DNA of 64,000 nucleotides, taken from Lingula anatina (taxonomy: Eukaryota > Animalia > Brachiopoda). This document shows, one piece after another, positions 25,481-39,300 of the stretch (the stretch's first letter is position 1; each line of letters starts with the position of its first letter). The translations under genes and the position numbers were made by a program. The stretch is from contig CM120644.1 in assembly GCA_051362555.1 (NCBI GenBank), forward strand, positions 3,170,954-3,234,953. The letters run 5' to 3'. The notes under the pieces were generated by a model. The model was not told where the DNA came from. It saw nothing but the letters and a program-made list of their open reading frames with translations, and ran no database searches.

Positions 25481-28400
25481 GGCGCAAAAGGGCAATTAAA
25501 AAAAACATTTATTAAGTTAATGCATGAAATAATATTTAGGCATTTAATTTTGTCACAGGGCTAATATTTAAACAGTAAAAAATAATAGATTAAAATGTCT
25601 ACTCTTGAGAAACAATTTTTGTGCGTATTTTTCGAAATCCAATGACGGCTTAATAACATTAAAGGCACCCTCCGCGTCCGAAACGCCAACGATCTTAGTT
25701 CCAAACAGCCGAGTGTCAGTTAACTCGACCAGTGGTCAGTTGACCATCACTGCAGCGCAACAGTCTGACGCAGGGGTGTACACGTGCATGGCAGAGCAGT
25801 CAGCGGGGAGTAACATCACAATAAGTGCCATCCTGGAGGTCAGCGGTATGTCATGTTTGGTAGAATACTAGGATGATCGATTTTGTTCACGTTCAAGCTA
25901 TTAATATAAATATCAGAAATAATAGGCTCTTTTTACAGAAAGACAAATTTGTATTGCAAGAAAATACCCAAAATGGACGATATATGCAAAAATGTATTCT
26001 TTTCTAAAAAAAAAAACCTTCATATTCTCACCAATGTGTGCAAGCTTTTTGATTATATACCGCAGAATGTTAGTTTTCCACTTGGTTTAAATCTATGATT
26101 CTATCTCAATATCTCATTTTTTTATTTTTTTCTGTAACAAAATACGTCTTAAAAAGAAAAACTGGGATTGTTTTCAGACCCAGCACCAAGGATTGTCAGC
26201 TTTCAGAACTCGACAACCTTGGAAACGTCTGAGGGCGTAATGACGTGCAGCGCGCAAGGCAAACAACCAATAAACATTACGTTTACAAAAGTTGTACTTC
26301 CGGTGCCAGAGAACCTGGATGAGGTAATGCTTTCATTTCCAGCATGCATCGTTGAGCGGCAATTCAATGAAAATTTCGAACTGCACGATTATTTCGACCA
26401 TATTATTATTTCAATTTCGATCGAAATGTTTGTCGGTTGCCAAACTCAGTAAAGGTTTTGATTGTTCTGCCTTTGTTGTATGTATAATCTGCTAATTCAT
26501 TTTACATGGATGGCTGACAAATCCCTCCGAAATGGACTGAATTAGACATCATTTTCTACATCTGTGCCGGATCTATCTTGAGTATGCTGTGTTTTCGTAT
26601 GCTTAAAGAATTATTATCATATCATTGGTCACAAGGATTGTACTGAACAGATAAAAACAAATATGAAATGTATTTACATTTTGTATGTTCCAAATGTTCC
26701 AAATTTCAAATTAGAAATAAAATTGCCTGTGTGTGTCTATCTTCCTATCGGTTTGTATATATTTTCATTCTGTTGTCATTTCTTGCAAGACTTCTCCCCG
26801 CATAACACTGGAGAGATCTCATAACGATACCACGGTCAGCTCCACGCTGCGGATAGCTAACTCCATTGCAGCGGATACCGGTACCTACAGATGCTTGGCG
26901 GACAACGACTTTGGTTCCGATACCAGTGATGCCATGTTAACAGTGGAATGTGAGTTGAGTTATGGACGTTTTGCTCAACGCTTGAATTTTTTATCGCCAC
27001 CCAGGATTTTGTTTTTACCTTTATGGATTTGTTCGTAAACGGGCTAACTTAATTGAAAATAGGAACTAATTGCGATTAGCTTTTCTGGAATCTATCAAAT
27101 TATAATTAATTTTGATTTCATCTTAATATGAAAATTAAGCTTGCTTGGCGGAGGAACGCGCTCTCTGAGTGCTTTTGCAAGTCGTTAAAGATGCATACAA
27201 AGTCAACTTTTTGTCACAAAAGCCGACCAAATGCCAGCATATAGTTTCAAGTAGTATAACTAAGAGAATTACCAAAAGGCATTGTTTAATTTTACCCGAA
27301 AATGATGTTTGAACAGATTTTTTTGTTAGCATTCTATGCTGTATGTCAATGGGGCAGAAAAGTAGGTCACGAAAGTAGGTTAAATTTCGAACCAAAAATT
27401 TAAAGAAAGGAGCAGTCTAAAGCTCTTTTATGTCTGATCGAGTGATGTATTCAGTTTATCCCTTGGCATGTTGAATTTATTTGAGAAACTAGTAGAAGTG
27501 GTTTACATGTGTTACTGGGAATCCACGCTCCACCGATGCTTGGTTCGTATGTACCTTTAAAGGATTTTTTGCAAAGAGAGGGATAGAGAAATAGAAACTA
27601 ATTAAGCATATTGCAGTTCGAGTTCCAATGCTGAACACATGCACTGGTTCGGATAATTATAAATTCACTTTTCGTAAATTGTTCAGACCCACCCCGTTTT
27701 ACCGACACAATGCCAGTGGCCAATGAATCCCAACGATTCTGGCTTTACGACAACCAGGCTGTTGCCATGGTCACCCTGATGTGTAAAGTGGACGCCGTCC
27801 CTCCCCCTAGCCAGTGGTTTTGGTGGAAGGGGAATGACCATATTATTGACGATGACAATCATACCATTGTCATTGATGGACTGACCAGTAACCTGTCTGT
27901 GAGTGTTACTGTGTAATAATTCAGCAAATGCGCAATCTGTGTACATTTTGTTTTATTTATACAGTGTCGTCAAAGTAATGTCACCATTATTACGATACGG
28001 TGCTTCTAGTTGCGTTGTTAACAGGGGCCGGTTTCACAAAATAAATGTAGCCCTAAAATTGGTCTTAATTGGAAGACCAAAATTTTGGTCTACTTCATTT
28101 AGTTGAAGGTAAATCCGCATTAGTCCATTTGAATAAAGTAAGAACAAGTGTGAACCATAACTACATTACATGTTGTCTGTTTTACTATAAAACAGGTCAG
28201 TTAATTCATTTGATCGAAGTATTACTGATTCATCTTAGGTCAAACTGGACTCAAGTTTTGGCCAAAGAAATGAGATTATACTTCGGGCTTCAATAGGCCG
28301 CATTCACAACAGCGGACTAACTAGTCTGCGGATCAAATATGGTCAACCCACTTGAATGCTTGATGCGTAATTACCGGGTGGAATCTATTCAGTGTCCATT

Positions 28401-31400
28401 AGGGATAAGACGGCAAGCTTTTAAGTGTCTCGCCATGTTTGATCCGCGGACTAGTAAGTCCGCTATTCTGAATGCGACCTAAGATCTTTTGTACTATTCC
28501 TTATCATTATGACTATTATACATTTGAACATACAAATGGACGTAAATGCGACCTTTCCCATGCAACAACTGCAGGCTAAGAATTTTTTTTTTTTCAGATT
28601 GCCGTGGACGAGAACAACATTGGAACTGTTAGCGGGGTGTATCACTGCAACGTGTATAACTCCCGTGGAATGGAGAAACATTACATAACTCTGACGGAGT
28701 CTAGTATGCTTGTGGATTTTTATCTTTCTTGATTTCTTGATTTGTAACATTATTACAATAAATACTGACGATTATATATACTATCATAATCCTCCCACGT
28801 GGTAATTCGACACGTCATATGTAGTATGAGAAGATGTAGGCAGAGTCAGCGTACATCTTACTGTTTTTACACGAAGCATATATTAATAATAGATTTTTTG
28901 CTTCGAGGCAATATGATATATATAATATTTATATTGCGTTAAAGCCAGTACTATTGCAAAGAAGCCAAAAATAAACTTAAAACAGTCATACGATTTTGCA
29001 GACATCAAAGAGACAGAGAATTATGATCAGTTTCCATTGTATATCAACAAAGTGACTTGTCTCCATAACAGACAAACAAAAAGGATCACACCTTACTAAC
29101 TAAAGTTACCAATATAAAAGGAAGTTAAACGATTAAAAAAGCTTACTTCCGGTGACCTCCAACAAGATAAATTATAATTATGATTAACTCTGCTTTTTCC
29201 AGCCGCTCCAAGTAAAGTGACCGACATACATATTAACGAGACCAATTCCACAACTGTCCAGCTGATAATTAACCCCCCGCAGGACAATGGCGGCCTGCCA
29301 GTGACAGATTACTTAGTTGACGTGGCCGAGCTCTCACAAACGGGCACCTCGCGGCATGTAAAACTCCCAATAGGTACAACTTACACGGTAGTGAACAGGA
29401 ATATGCCTGATTGGGGATCATCCTAGACAGCCCATAACAATACCTATTTTATTTAAGTAGATTTATATATGTCTGGGGCAACTTTTTTGCATACATGTAC
29501 GAATAGAGCAATTTTGAGACTACAGTTTGTTTTCATTAAGGCCAGATCCATGGCCGAGGTTTGCCACTATTGTAACGTTGTTTCCTGTTGTATGGTACGA
29601 CAGATTTGGATCTACTTGGACACACGATATTCCCATTCAAAATTTAAGCTCCCCTTTTAGATTCGGACCTCGTCATCACGGAACTGAAGCCCAACACGAC
29701 GTACGTGGTCAAAGCTAAGGCCATAAATGCCGCGGGGATGAGTGACCAGAGCGAGGGGGTCACCGTGCTTACTGCACCCTCTCAAGGTGAGGATGTGTCT
29801 CATTGACGTGTGGTCAAATTATGTTACACTTTGGATTTTAATCATGTTTTATTAAGCGATACTTTTCCTATTAGGACAATGTCTTTACATTTTGAAATGT
29901 GATTAAAACTCACTTAATTTGTTGAGAATCTTGAGGTCCTTCAAATACAAATTATTATTCACGACTATAATTCGGATTTATTATTGAGGCATTCCTAAAG
30001 GACAGCTATTGAGTTTGTTTGCGAGTGTTCAAGCGGTTGGGTTGGCGATGGCAAAAAAAAAGGACAATAAGGAAAAGGTTTATTCGAAATATGGCGTGCT
30101 TTTGATGTGGTGTTGCAACTGCTAGTGTAACTTATTAATTACCATGTTTGATTTGCTTTTATCTGGTTTTATGGTGTGGTTTGAGGCGCTAGAGGTAAAG
30201 CATTTTACAGTCTTACCGCCAGCACACACAGAAGATTTCTTCTGTCTGCACAACGGATGACAAGCGCTCGCAGGACTGTTCGTGACCTGGGTACATGTAA
30301 GTGCGATTTACTGTCAAAAAACCACCCCACAAAAGATGGACTACGATATTTATTTAGTATTATAGATAGAGATAACGATGAATATAACCGTCAGTATCAA
30401 GGTATATTTTTTATCTAACCAGTTTCTGTTAAAGTTAACTGATCACAAGCAAACATGCTCATAACAAAAATAAATAAATAAAATAAATAAAATAAATAAA
30501 TAATAAAATAGACAATAAATTAAAATGATAATAATAATAATTGCGTTAATTGTATAACAGTTTTCAGAAGATGTTGATTTTAATTACTGGCGTTTTCATT
30601 TTGTGTTGTGGATTTTGCATTTGGTACAACTTTGTACATACAGCCTTGCCGTGTCTCAGTCTGCTTCTCAAGGTATTGCCAATGTAACCATTGCTTTTTT
30701 TATCCACTTCACGAGTACTTTGAATAAAAGACCCTTTCGCTTTCACTTTCATTTTCACAGCAAGCACCCCCGGTCCGCTCTCACAGTTGAACGTTACCAA
30801 CGTAACGTCGGATTCCATAACGCTGGAGATTTCCCCGCCGTCTGACAATGGTGGACTACCCATAACGGGTTACATGGTCATCATGGGAACGCAACACCAG
30901 TCCTACAATCTTAGTAGGTATAAGTATCTATTGACAAGACATGACTTCTAGAAATAAAAGAAGTATTTTTGTAGACCAGTGCTTACATCATCTTCGATAT
31001 TATATATGCATGCATTTTTCCCATAGTCAATCATATCGCTGCGAACCGATAAAACTATCTATAATACGATAATCAGAGTATATGGTACCTTAAGTTACGT
31101 TATTCACATTTATAATAATATTTTTATTTTCATTTTTATTGAGTAGTATTGTAAATTTAAAAAAAAAACTTATATATTATTGCTAGCGGCAGATTATTCA
31201 CTCTTTTTATCTGATACCATGGATATTCAAAAAGGGTTAACCAAAACGCAGATAATTCCTCACTTAGAGAGGGGGTTTCCGCATCTATTTGCTTTAGTCA
31301 AGTTTTTCACATACAGGTACAGATACAATTTTTCTTAAAATACAAACCTTCGAATTCATGGATACGACTTCAGGTCATCAAGTCCTTTACGTTATTATTC

Positions 31401-33069
31401 TTTTTATTTATACACTTATTTATATATTTGAATAACTACATGGGAAATTATACATGTATATTAATTAATGCCATTCAATGTATTCTAGATGACACCCTGA
31501 CTATACATGGGTTAGAGAACGGGACTCTCTATAACGTCCAAGTAATGGCAGTTAACGCAGAAGGAATGGGTCCTCCAACTACAATTAATGTTACTACGCT
31601 GACGACAGACGGTAAGAGACACTGTATTATGTCATATAAATTGAAACGTTTAACGAATTGAAACAGACCTACTGCGATATCTACTGGGGTAACTACAGTA
31701 TTATCTATTTTAGCTGTACTGAAGTTCGGGAAAATATTTTATTATCATGTAATGCTGATAAAGAAGTAAATCGTTCCAAAAAGAATATCAAAGGATTTGA
31801 GAAAGATGAGCTTTTTAATTGTATATACAATGATAAATCATGTCGGCGCCTTATCTTGGGAGATAACTCTTTATGGATTTTTTTTCAATATTTGCTCTAT
31901 CTTTTTGATTAATTTTAAAGGTATGATAATAATGATTATTAGTGTTATTAATTATGTACCTGTTGTTTACACCACGCGCAGTCACGATGCGCAGCAATGC
32001 ACGCCCCGCACTCCAAGTGTGCCGTGCACGGGTTGCTGTCATTTACCACGATCCACGGAGTGTACTTCTCGTAGTAGAATCCTGGAGTATAAAAATAGAT
32101 ATATAAATGAATATACAGGTCGATGGTAACCCCAAACTAATACTAGGTTTGGTACACTAGAATTTTTGTTTTTTGTTTCTTGGGTAAAGGTGACAAAAAG
32201 TTAATCGTTTACAAAGGTTATGAATAGTCTAATATTTTTACAAACTGTTCACTTTTAACCATGTACAGTTGTAGGTACTCCTGCCCCTACAGACCTGCCC
32301 TCCACCAGTACGACTGTAACCACAACCAGTTCTTCCGGCACAACCACTTCAACAACTTCAACCACAACCACAACAACCAGTAGAACCACCGTGACAGCAC
32401 CACCGCCTCTGCCCACTGATGCCGATACCACCACAACACTAACGCCATCTACTGCCAAGACATTGGAATCAACAACTCCCACTGTTGAACCCATGGTAGT
32501 ACCAGTCAAAACGAAAACAGGTGCTCTCTCTCCCTCTCTCCCCCTCTATCTCTATTTTATTATTTCCAGACACGTCACAGTCGTTAAAGTTCTTTTTTTC
32601 TTTAAAGGTATGACATGGTATGAAATGTAAATCTGTTGGAATCTTCCGCCACATTTGAGACTACTTTCGCAATCTATATGTTGCACTAATCTCTTCATAC
32701 AATGTACTCTTAGATCCTTATTCTGTGCTGTTTTAAACATAGTGATAAAATTTGAGCTAGTAGCAATAACGATTATTGTTCTTATTATTTTATATTAAAC
32801 GTATAGGCCTACTGCCTCAGCAGTAGCTTCTTTTTTAGAAGAACATTTCCCAGACATTGTCCAAGACAATTAAAACGTGTCAGAAACCTATTGATAGTGT
32901 GATTATATATATTAATGTAAGTTCCCGGATTTGTTTTGTTCCAGAGTTCTACTACGAGAAGTACACTCCGTGGATCGTGGTGAATGACAGCAACCCGTGC
33001 ACGGCACACTTGGAGTGCGGGGCGTGCATTGCTGCGCATCGTGACTGCGCATGGTGTAAACAACAGGTA

Positions 33070-33109
<40 letters not shown>

Positions 33110-34228
33110 GAGTACATTTATCGGATGACGCACCGTAGTTTTGCTCTCAATAATCGCTTCATTTTCCGATTAAAACCGATGTATTTATCATTATAGGGTT
33201 GGGAAGACTTTCATTCCGATGACCGCTGCGATACATTGAGCAAGCTGCAGGAGTTGGGATGTACGCCAGATAACATCGTGAATCCAAATAATAAAATAGT
33301 GACTAGAACGGTAATACATATCGGGATTATTGCATTGTGTTACAACTGGATTGATTAAACAATCGCTGACTTTTTATTCTTGTATCCGACAAACGTGTTG
33401 TATGTAAACTGGTGTGTGTACGAAAAACGACTAGAACACTGAAAGTCGTTCTACAAAGAGAAGTGCAATGTAGCCTAACCGTTACACTGTTTGATTGCTG
33501 CAAATAGCCAGAGTTATTGTCATTGACTTTTTCTTCCAGAGTTCGGCAGATCTTTTCATTGGCCCGCCGGAAGTCACCATTACACTAAAACCCGGTAAGA
33601 ACGACAGAACACAAAAAAGCATTATTCGGTTAAGACCTGTAACCTGTTTTACAAAAAATCTCAACTTCCGTGGTTGAGCTCACTGGAGAGTCAACTACGC
33701 AAAGGCAACTTCGTGGTATTGGTCTGAGAGATTTAAAGAATGGTTTATCAGCAGTAAATGTGTGTGACATAACTAATTGGACTACCGTCCGTCGACAATT
33801 TAGAGTAAAAACCATCAAGACAATCATAATTTGCTCAAATTTGCTCAAGGGGCGTAAATGAAAGACCGTTAGATCAAAGAAAGCGCTCTTCTACATTTTT
33901 CTTTCAGTAAAGGCCCTACTATCACGCCTTGGCGATTTACCCAGTGGATGCCGCCGTATGAAAAAGTTGACAAATACTTGGCATTTTATTAATCATAACA
34001 TTACACCATTATTATTGTTGTTGTTGTTGCTGTTGCTGTTGAAGTTGTTGTTTGATAATTTTTAACATATTGTAGGCAGCATCGTGTCTTTCACTGGTAC
34101 ATACGCCGTACCTCCCTCCTACTTGCTGGATGTCTACATTTTACTGGAGGTCAATTATATGGATGAAGACAACCAAATGAAGATGTACCTGGAATCAAAT
34201 ATGCAGTCAATAGGTGATCTCTCTTTTT

Positions 34229-34275
<47 letters not shown>

Positions 34276-36313
34276 AGTTTAGTGCTTTAATGATAGCTTT
34301 TAGAATCACTTTTATGTAAAAATAATAATTTAAAAATTGAACTACATGATGACCTTTGTTTACAATGTTTTGTTTATTCTCTTTCATAAAGCAAACACGC
34401 TGAATACTTTTTCCAGTGATTTACGGTTTGGATTCGGAACATTTATCGATAAACCCGAGATGCCGTTTATGTCAGAAGAACGGTATGTAAAACTATGTTA
34501 GAATGTGAATGCATGTATCACAAATGTATGGCGAAGCACTGTACTTTCTGGTATCAAACAGAGTCACACTAAACGTGTTGAAATGGGGAAACCAAACACA
34601 AAAAAAAAAAAAAACTGTTGCAGTGACGCAAATATATCAATGTCTCATGAGACAGAAACGTACCACATCCACACATACATACACACATCCGTGCGTGCAC
34701 ACATACATATTCAGTCCCATGGTAGAACGTTGCAGACATATCAGAACATTAGTAGACGTCAGAACACTAGTAGGTTGTTACTTTTCTGGGAAGACATCGT
34801 TTGAATGTATTACTACGATAATATGTGGTATATATGAAGGAAAATCTAATAATCCAGATAGGGCCTACTGTCACGTTTTTTTTTGTTCCTCAAATATATG
34901 AACTTTAAGCACACGAAGGATTGCGTCTTATTTATTGGCACCACTATAATACCGTCAGTTTGTTGATAACATTTCAACAGTTGGTAGTCTTAAATAAGTC
35001 GCAAATATCTGAATCAGTAAGCCGTGATATACGAACGTGTATGCATAAGATAGGAGTATGGGTGCACATTTAAACAGAATTTTCTTTTTGTATTTAGTAA
35101 CCAATATTGCCTTAATTGTGCTGAGAACTGCACGTGCCAACCATCCAGTTTCCAACATGTCGTCGGAATGACGGAGGATTTGGCTTTGATAGAGGTTGGT
35201 AGAGTTTCAGAATCGACATATTTACCTTCATCATCATCTTATTTCAATACAAGCAAACTTGGCGCGTCTGAACTTCAACTGTATTTGATTGAAGATTTCT
35301 GCACCAGTCACGGTTTTTTTATTCACTGTGTCACGTGTCCTCCAAAGGAACCACGAAATCTGATTGGCCAATGCGCTTTTTTGATCGGTGCGGTGGACTT
35401 CAAAGGCCCTAGTGAGATAAGCATAAAAACCTAGCTGAATTAAAAAAAAAGAATATTATTGCAAAGCTGCCGATTGACTTTTTATAGAAATATGTGTATC
35501 GGTAGCGCATTTTTAACCTTTTCGAAGTTCCATTAATAGATAGAACTGATAAATAGAAGTACAAAATAACTGCAAACTAAAACGTCACATTGAGGGTTTT
35601 TTTAATTGGTCTTGTATTGTCTTCTAAGCACACATGTACATAGCTTAAGTAATTCTTTGTGAAAATGTCAACGATTTCCCTTTAATCACAAAATGTTTCA
35701 TATCTAAACCGTAGGAAAAAATAGCGATTTATGAATCTCTTTTGTTACTGAATATCATCTTTTACGTGACCGTTTCCATTGATGCAGGAGAGGGTTTACG
35801 AATCACTGGAAAACTTCAGTAAGGATCCGTTAGACGCGGGGCTGGATGCGTTGCTGCAAGTTATTCTATGCAAGGTAGGCTAATTTCATATGTTGACAAC
35901 ACTAACAGGCCTAGTGTAGCCAGCAATTTCAAAAGAGGGGTTCTTTTTCTAAAAAAGTGGACCTATTACCCCCCCCCCCCCGTCCCGGCTACGGACCTGA
36001 CATAATTGGAGTCTGGCTCATGGAAATCATCCGAGATAGCCTAACACGAGGCTGACGACACTGTGTCAGCGGTAAACAAGAGCTTATCAGTTTTCCGGTT
36101 TGGGGTTAGAGTTAAGCACATGGCAACAGAACAGCTCCTGAATTCCATTGATGAAATCAGATTTGATTCTGGTCGTGGTATACTTGATATTTATGATATT
36201 CAAGCAGTTTACATTATGATATACAATAATATAATAGTATATATGTACAGTGTGCAACATTATGGTGGATCCAGGGTTAAGGATTTTCTGGGAATGTATA
36301 TTTAAGTTGACAT

Positions 36314-36348
<35 letters not shown>

Positions 36349-39300
36349 TGTTAATTATAGGATCAAATTGGTTGGAGGGACAAGTCAAGGAAAGTTGTGT
36401 TACTTTTAGGCAGAAACACATTTCATCTTGCCGGAGAGGGGAAGGTGAGCGCTTTTAAAACATTCTCTTGTCTATAGAGGGTTGCGTGAAGCCTACATCG
36501 CGTGCGCCTAGATTGTTCGGATTCAATAGCAAACGGCGACATGCGCGGTTCTCGCAGTATCGCGAACCATTGGAGAAACTGATAATTGCAACCGATTAAA
36601 ATGTTATGAGATTTTATTTGAGCAGACACTTTGTGAAATATTGGCGAAACGGGCATAATGCAATGCTAAAAAGAGGAAATTTGAAAAGTTAGTAATAAGA
36701 GAAACCAATATCTGAGGATGACTTCCGTGAGCTTTCTATAGTCTTCGGGTATTTTTGATTTACGATAAATAGCCAAATGTAGTCAAAAAATACACCATAT
36801 GATGCTGTCTTGCCGCATACGTTTCTTACGACTGCCAGACCAAAAAAGCCTTATTTATCCGTTTGAACTTTGTCATCTTTGTGAAGCTAGTTGCTAATGT
36901 GTTGCCTATTATGTTTAACACTTACAGCTTGCAGGTGCCGTATTACCGTACGATGACACTTGCCACCTGGATTCAAATGGACAGTACGCAGAGGATTTCA
37001 AAAGGGTAACAATTTTTACTAGCTCGAGTTTTAGAGCCGTTGTGGTTCAATTCCTTTATTTTCAATTTCCAATACATACCCGTTTGTCGGGATGTCTGAC
37101 TTACCCTTACCGTTTTAAAGATTTCTAAAATAATTTTATCTATTTCCTTCCGTTCATCTTTTCACTTCATTTTAATTTTAAATATTTTTATTTGACTCTC
37201 GGAACAATGAAATAATTTTAAATGATTTAATAATTTCATTCTCTGAATACACGTTATTGCAAGTGACACAGTATTTATGTATTTATTGTTTAGGATTATC
37301 CCTCCTTACACAAAGTAAAGAAGATCGTGGAAAGCAATAAAGTCAACGTCATATTTGGTGTCCTCCCTGGCGTCGCATCCGGGTTCCGGACGCTGTCCGA
37401 AATGGTCAGCGGGACGGTGGTTGAGGAAACCGCGGGGACAGATATTGACCGGGCTCTGCTGTCAGGAATGCAGGTACTGTACACCGTAACCAGGGGTGAG
37501 CCTACATCCTACTTCACCACATGTTTTGAATTGTAGACGCCATGTGCTAGGAAGGGATCGTGTTGACTTTCATTTGCCCCAGTAATATTGCTTGTTGACT
37601 ATTTTCAACCAGTAGATATGTTGAAACAATTCTCAAGCCAAAACAATAATCCTACTCTTGCTCTAATATCAGAATATCATTTGTATACTATACTACGTTG
37701 TAGGCACTGAATAGCAAGCTAGAACTCAGAGTAAAAGATGATCCAGTTCACAGCGACGTGCAGTTGCATGCTGAATGTCAGAGGTGAGTGCTTTAGAAAT
37801 ACAAACCAGTTGTTAGCTGTGTAAACCTGTTAACAGGCTTTGGAGTTCTTATTCTGAAAATTCGCGTCTTTTTTGGGTGGGTCCCAAGTTGACCAAGCTT
37901 GATAAATGGCATAGAACCAATTTACGAAGTGTTATTTGGGTGGATATTTCAGACGTTAAATTAGTCAGCTAATTTTTTTTTTAGCAAAGTTGACTTTACG
38001 AAGTCTGTGATCCGATTTTAGCAATACAGGCTATTACAAAATTGTATGTTCGCTGGAAGACTTCTTATATCGAATAAGCGCTGAGGACATGAACTTACAC
38101 ACTTCTTTTTGAAAGAGACCCCAAGAACCCTTGCCCTAAAATTGTTCTAAGGTTTAAGACCAAAATAAAGTGTACTTTGACTCCATATTAGTCGGTGTTC
38201 TTCCGATTAAATTGAATACAGCGCCCATTTTAAAACAAGATACACATGTAAACATCAACAGTGTTTCAGACCAATCACTTCTTTTTTTAACTAGGCCACT
38301 ATAAAGAATATTGTTTGAATTTGAACTGATGTTTTGGACCAAGTTTTTGGCTAAGGTTCTTAAAGTGAAACTGACCTCAGATGTCCATATTGTTTGCCAC
38401 TCCTCATTGCTAAATGCACAGTGTACAAAGCATACAAAGCGTCTGGGGTACTGTCTGGGGTGCAAACGAACACATTTATGAACATGTTCCTGGTATAAAA
38501 TAGAGCCTGATGAAAAGTGTTTTGATTTACTTCCTATTTATTACAGAGGGAACGCTTTAGACGAACGAAACAAGACGCTTATTTGTGAAAACCTAGGTCC
38601 GTCAGACGTGGTGAGTGTTATGTTTCCTACGCTACTAAAACGACAGAGGCGTGAGATACACTATATAAAAACAGGATAACTTTTGCCGTTTAAATCATTG
38701 CATATGGCAGTTTCCTGTTGTCTATTTTTCAACGATCTGCAGTCTTCTTCCGGAAGTAGGAAAACGTAATGCTTCAATGCTTCCAAACATATCGAAAAAG
38801 GAAAGTAAACTAACATCGAGTTTGATACTTTCGTTCAACAGTTGTCTTAACGTAAAGGACATTATTGTTTGAAATTTTTATTTTTCATTTCCCTCATTTC
38901 CATTCGTCTTTAATTTTTGTTTTCGTGTCTGATAGGTTAATTTTCGGGTTACTGTGGCTGTCGATAAATGTCCTTTGGAAGACCACGTGGTATACGTGTC
39001 ACCAATCGGAATAGGGGAGGAGGTCAAGGTCAGCCTGCACCCGCTTTGCACCTGTCCATGTGAGGCCGCGACGCCGGCAGCCATGGTAACGACACCAGCA
39101 ACCATGGTAACTATCGTACAACTCCCTGGTTTCTTATAAAGGTATCCCATCTGGGATTTTCGCGCCAAATGGAATTTTCATCTAAAAAATATTTTCATTT
39201 TTCTATTACTCATGAATCATTACTCCAGTCGTCCCTGTACTTGAATTCGATGTTTTACACCAATCCCAACGAAATGGTTTTGTTTTAAACCGGTATCCAG

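Larger units (their letters stand above)
21606..32520 (+). other. NCAM/Fasciclin-II/apCAM-like module of the chimeric gene (SP, 5 Ig, 2 FN3, mucin-like exon)
   Basis: Signal [19 protein letters not shown]. Five Ig domains with C..W..(D/E)xGxY/FxC, e.g. [39 protein letters not shown]3 motifs [26 protein letters not shown] and [26 protein letters not shown]. Thr/Pro-rich exon 32269-32520. Confidence 0.9.

Noticed and set aside
32255-32509. Val-rich minus-strand ORF
   Set aside because: Antisense shadow of the Thr-codon-rich mucin exon.
32521-32944. Independent promoter and signal-peptide exon for the second integrin
   Set aside because: No ATG-initiated hydrophobic exon with a phase-1 donor found in these 424 nt. 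Not formally excluded, because the 32520 donor (GTGCTC) is weak and a distant first exon is possible.
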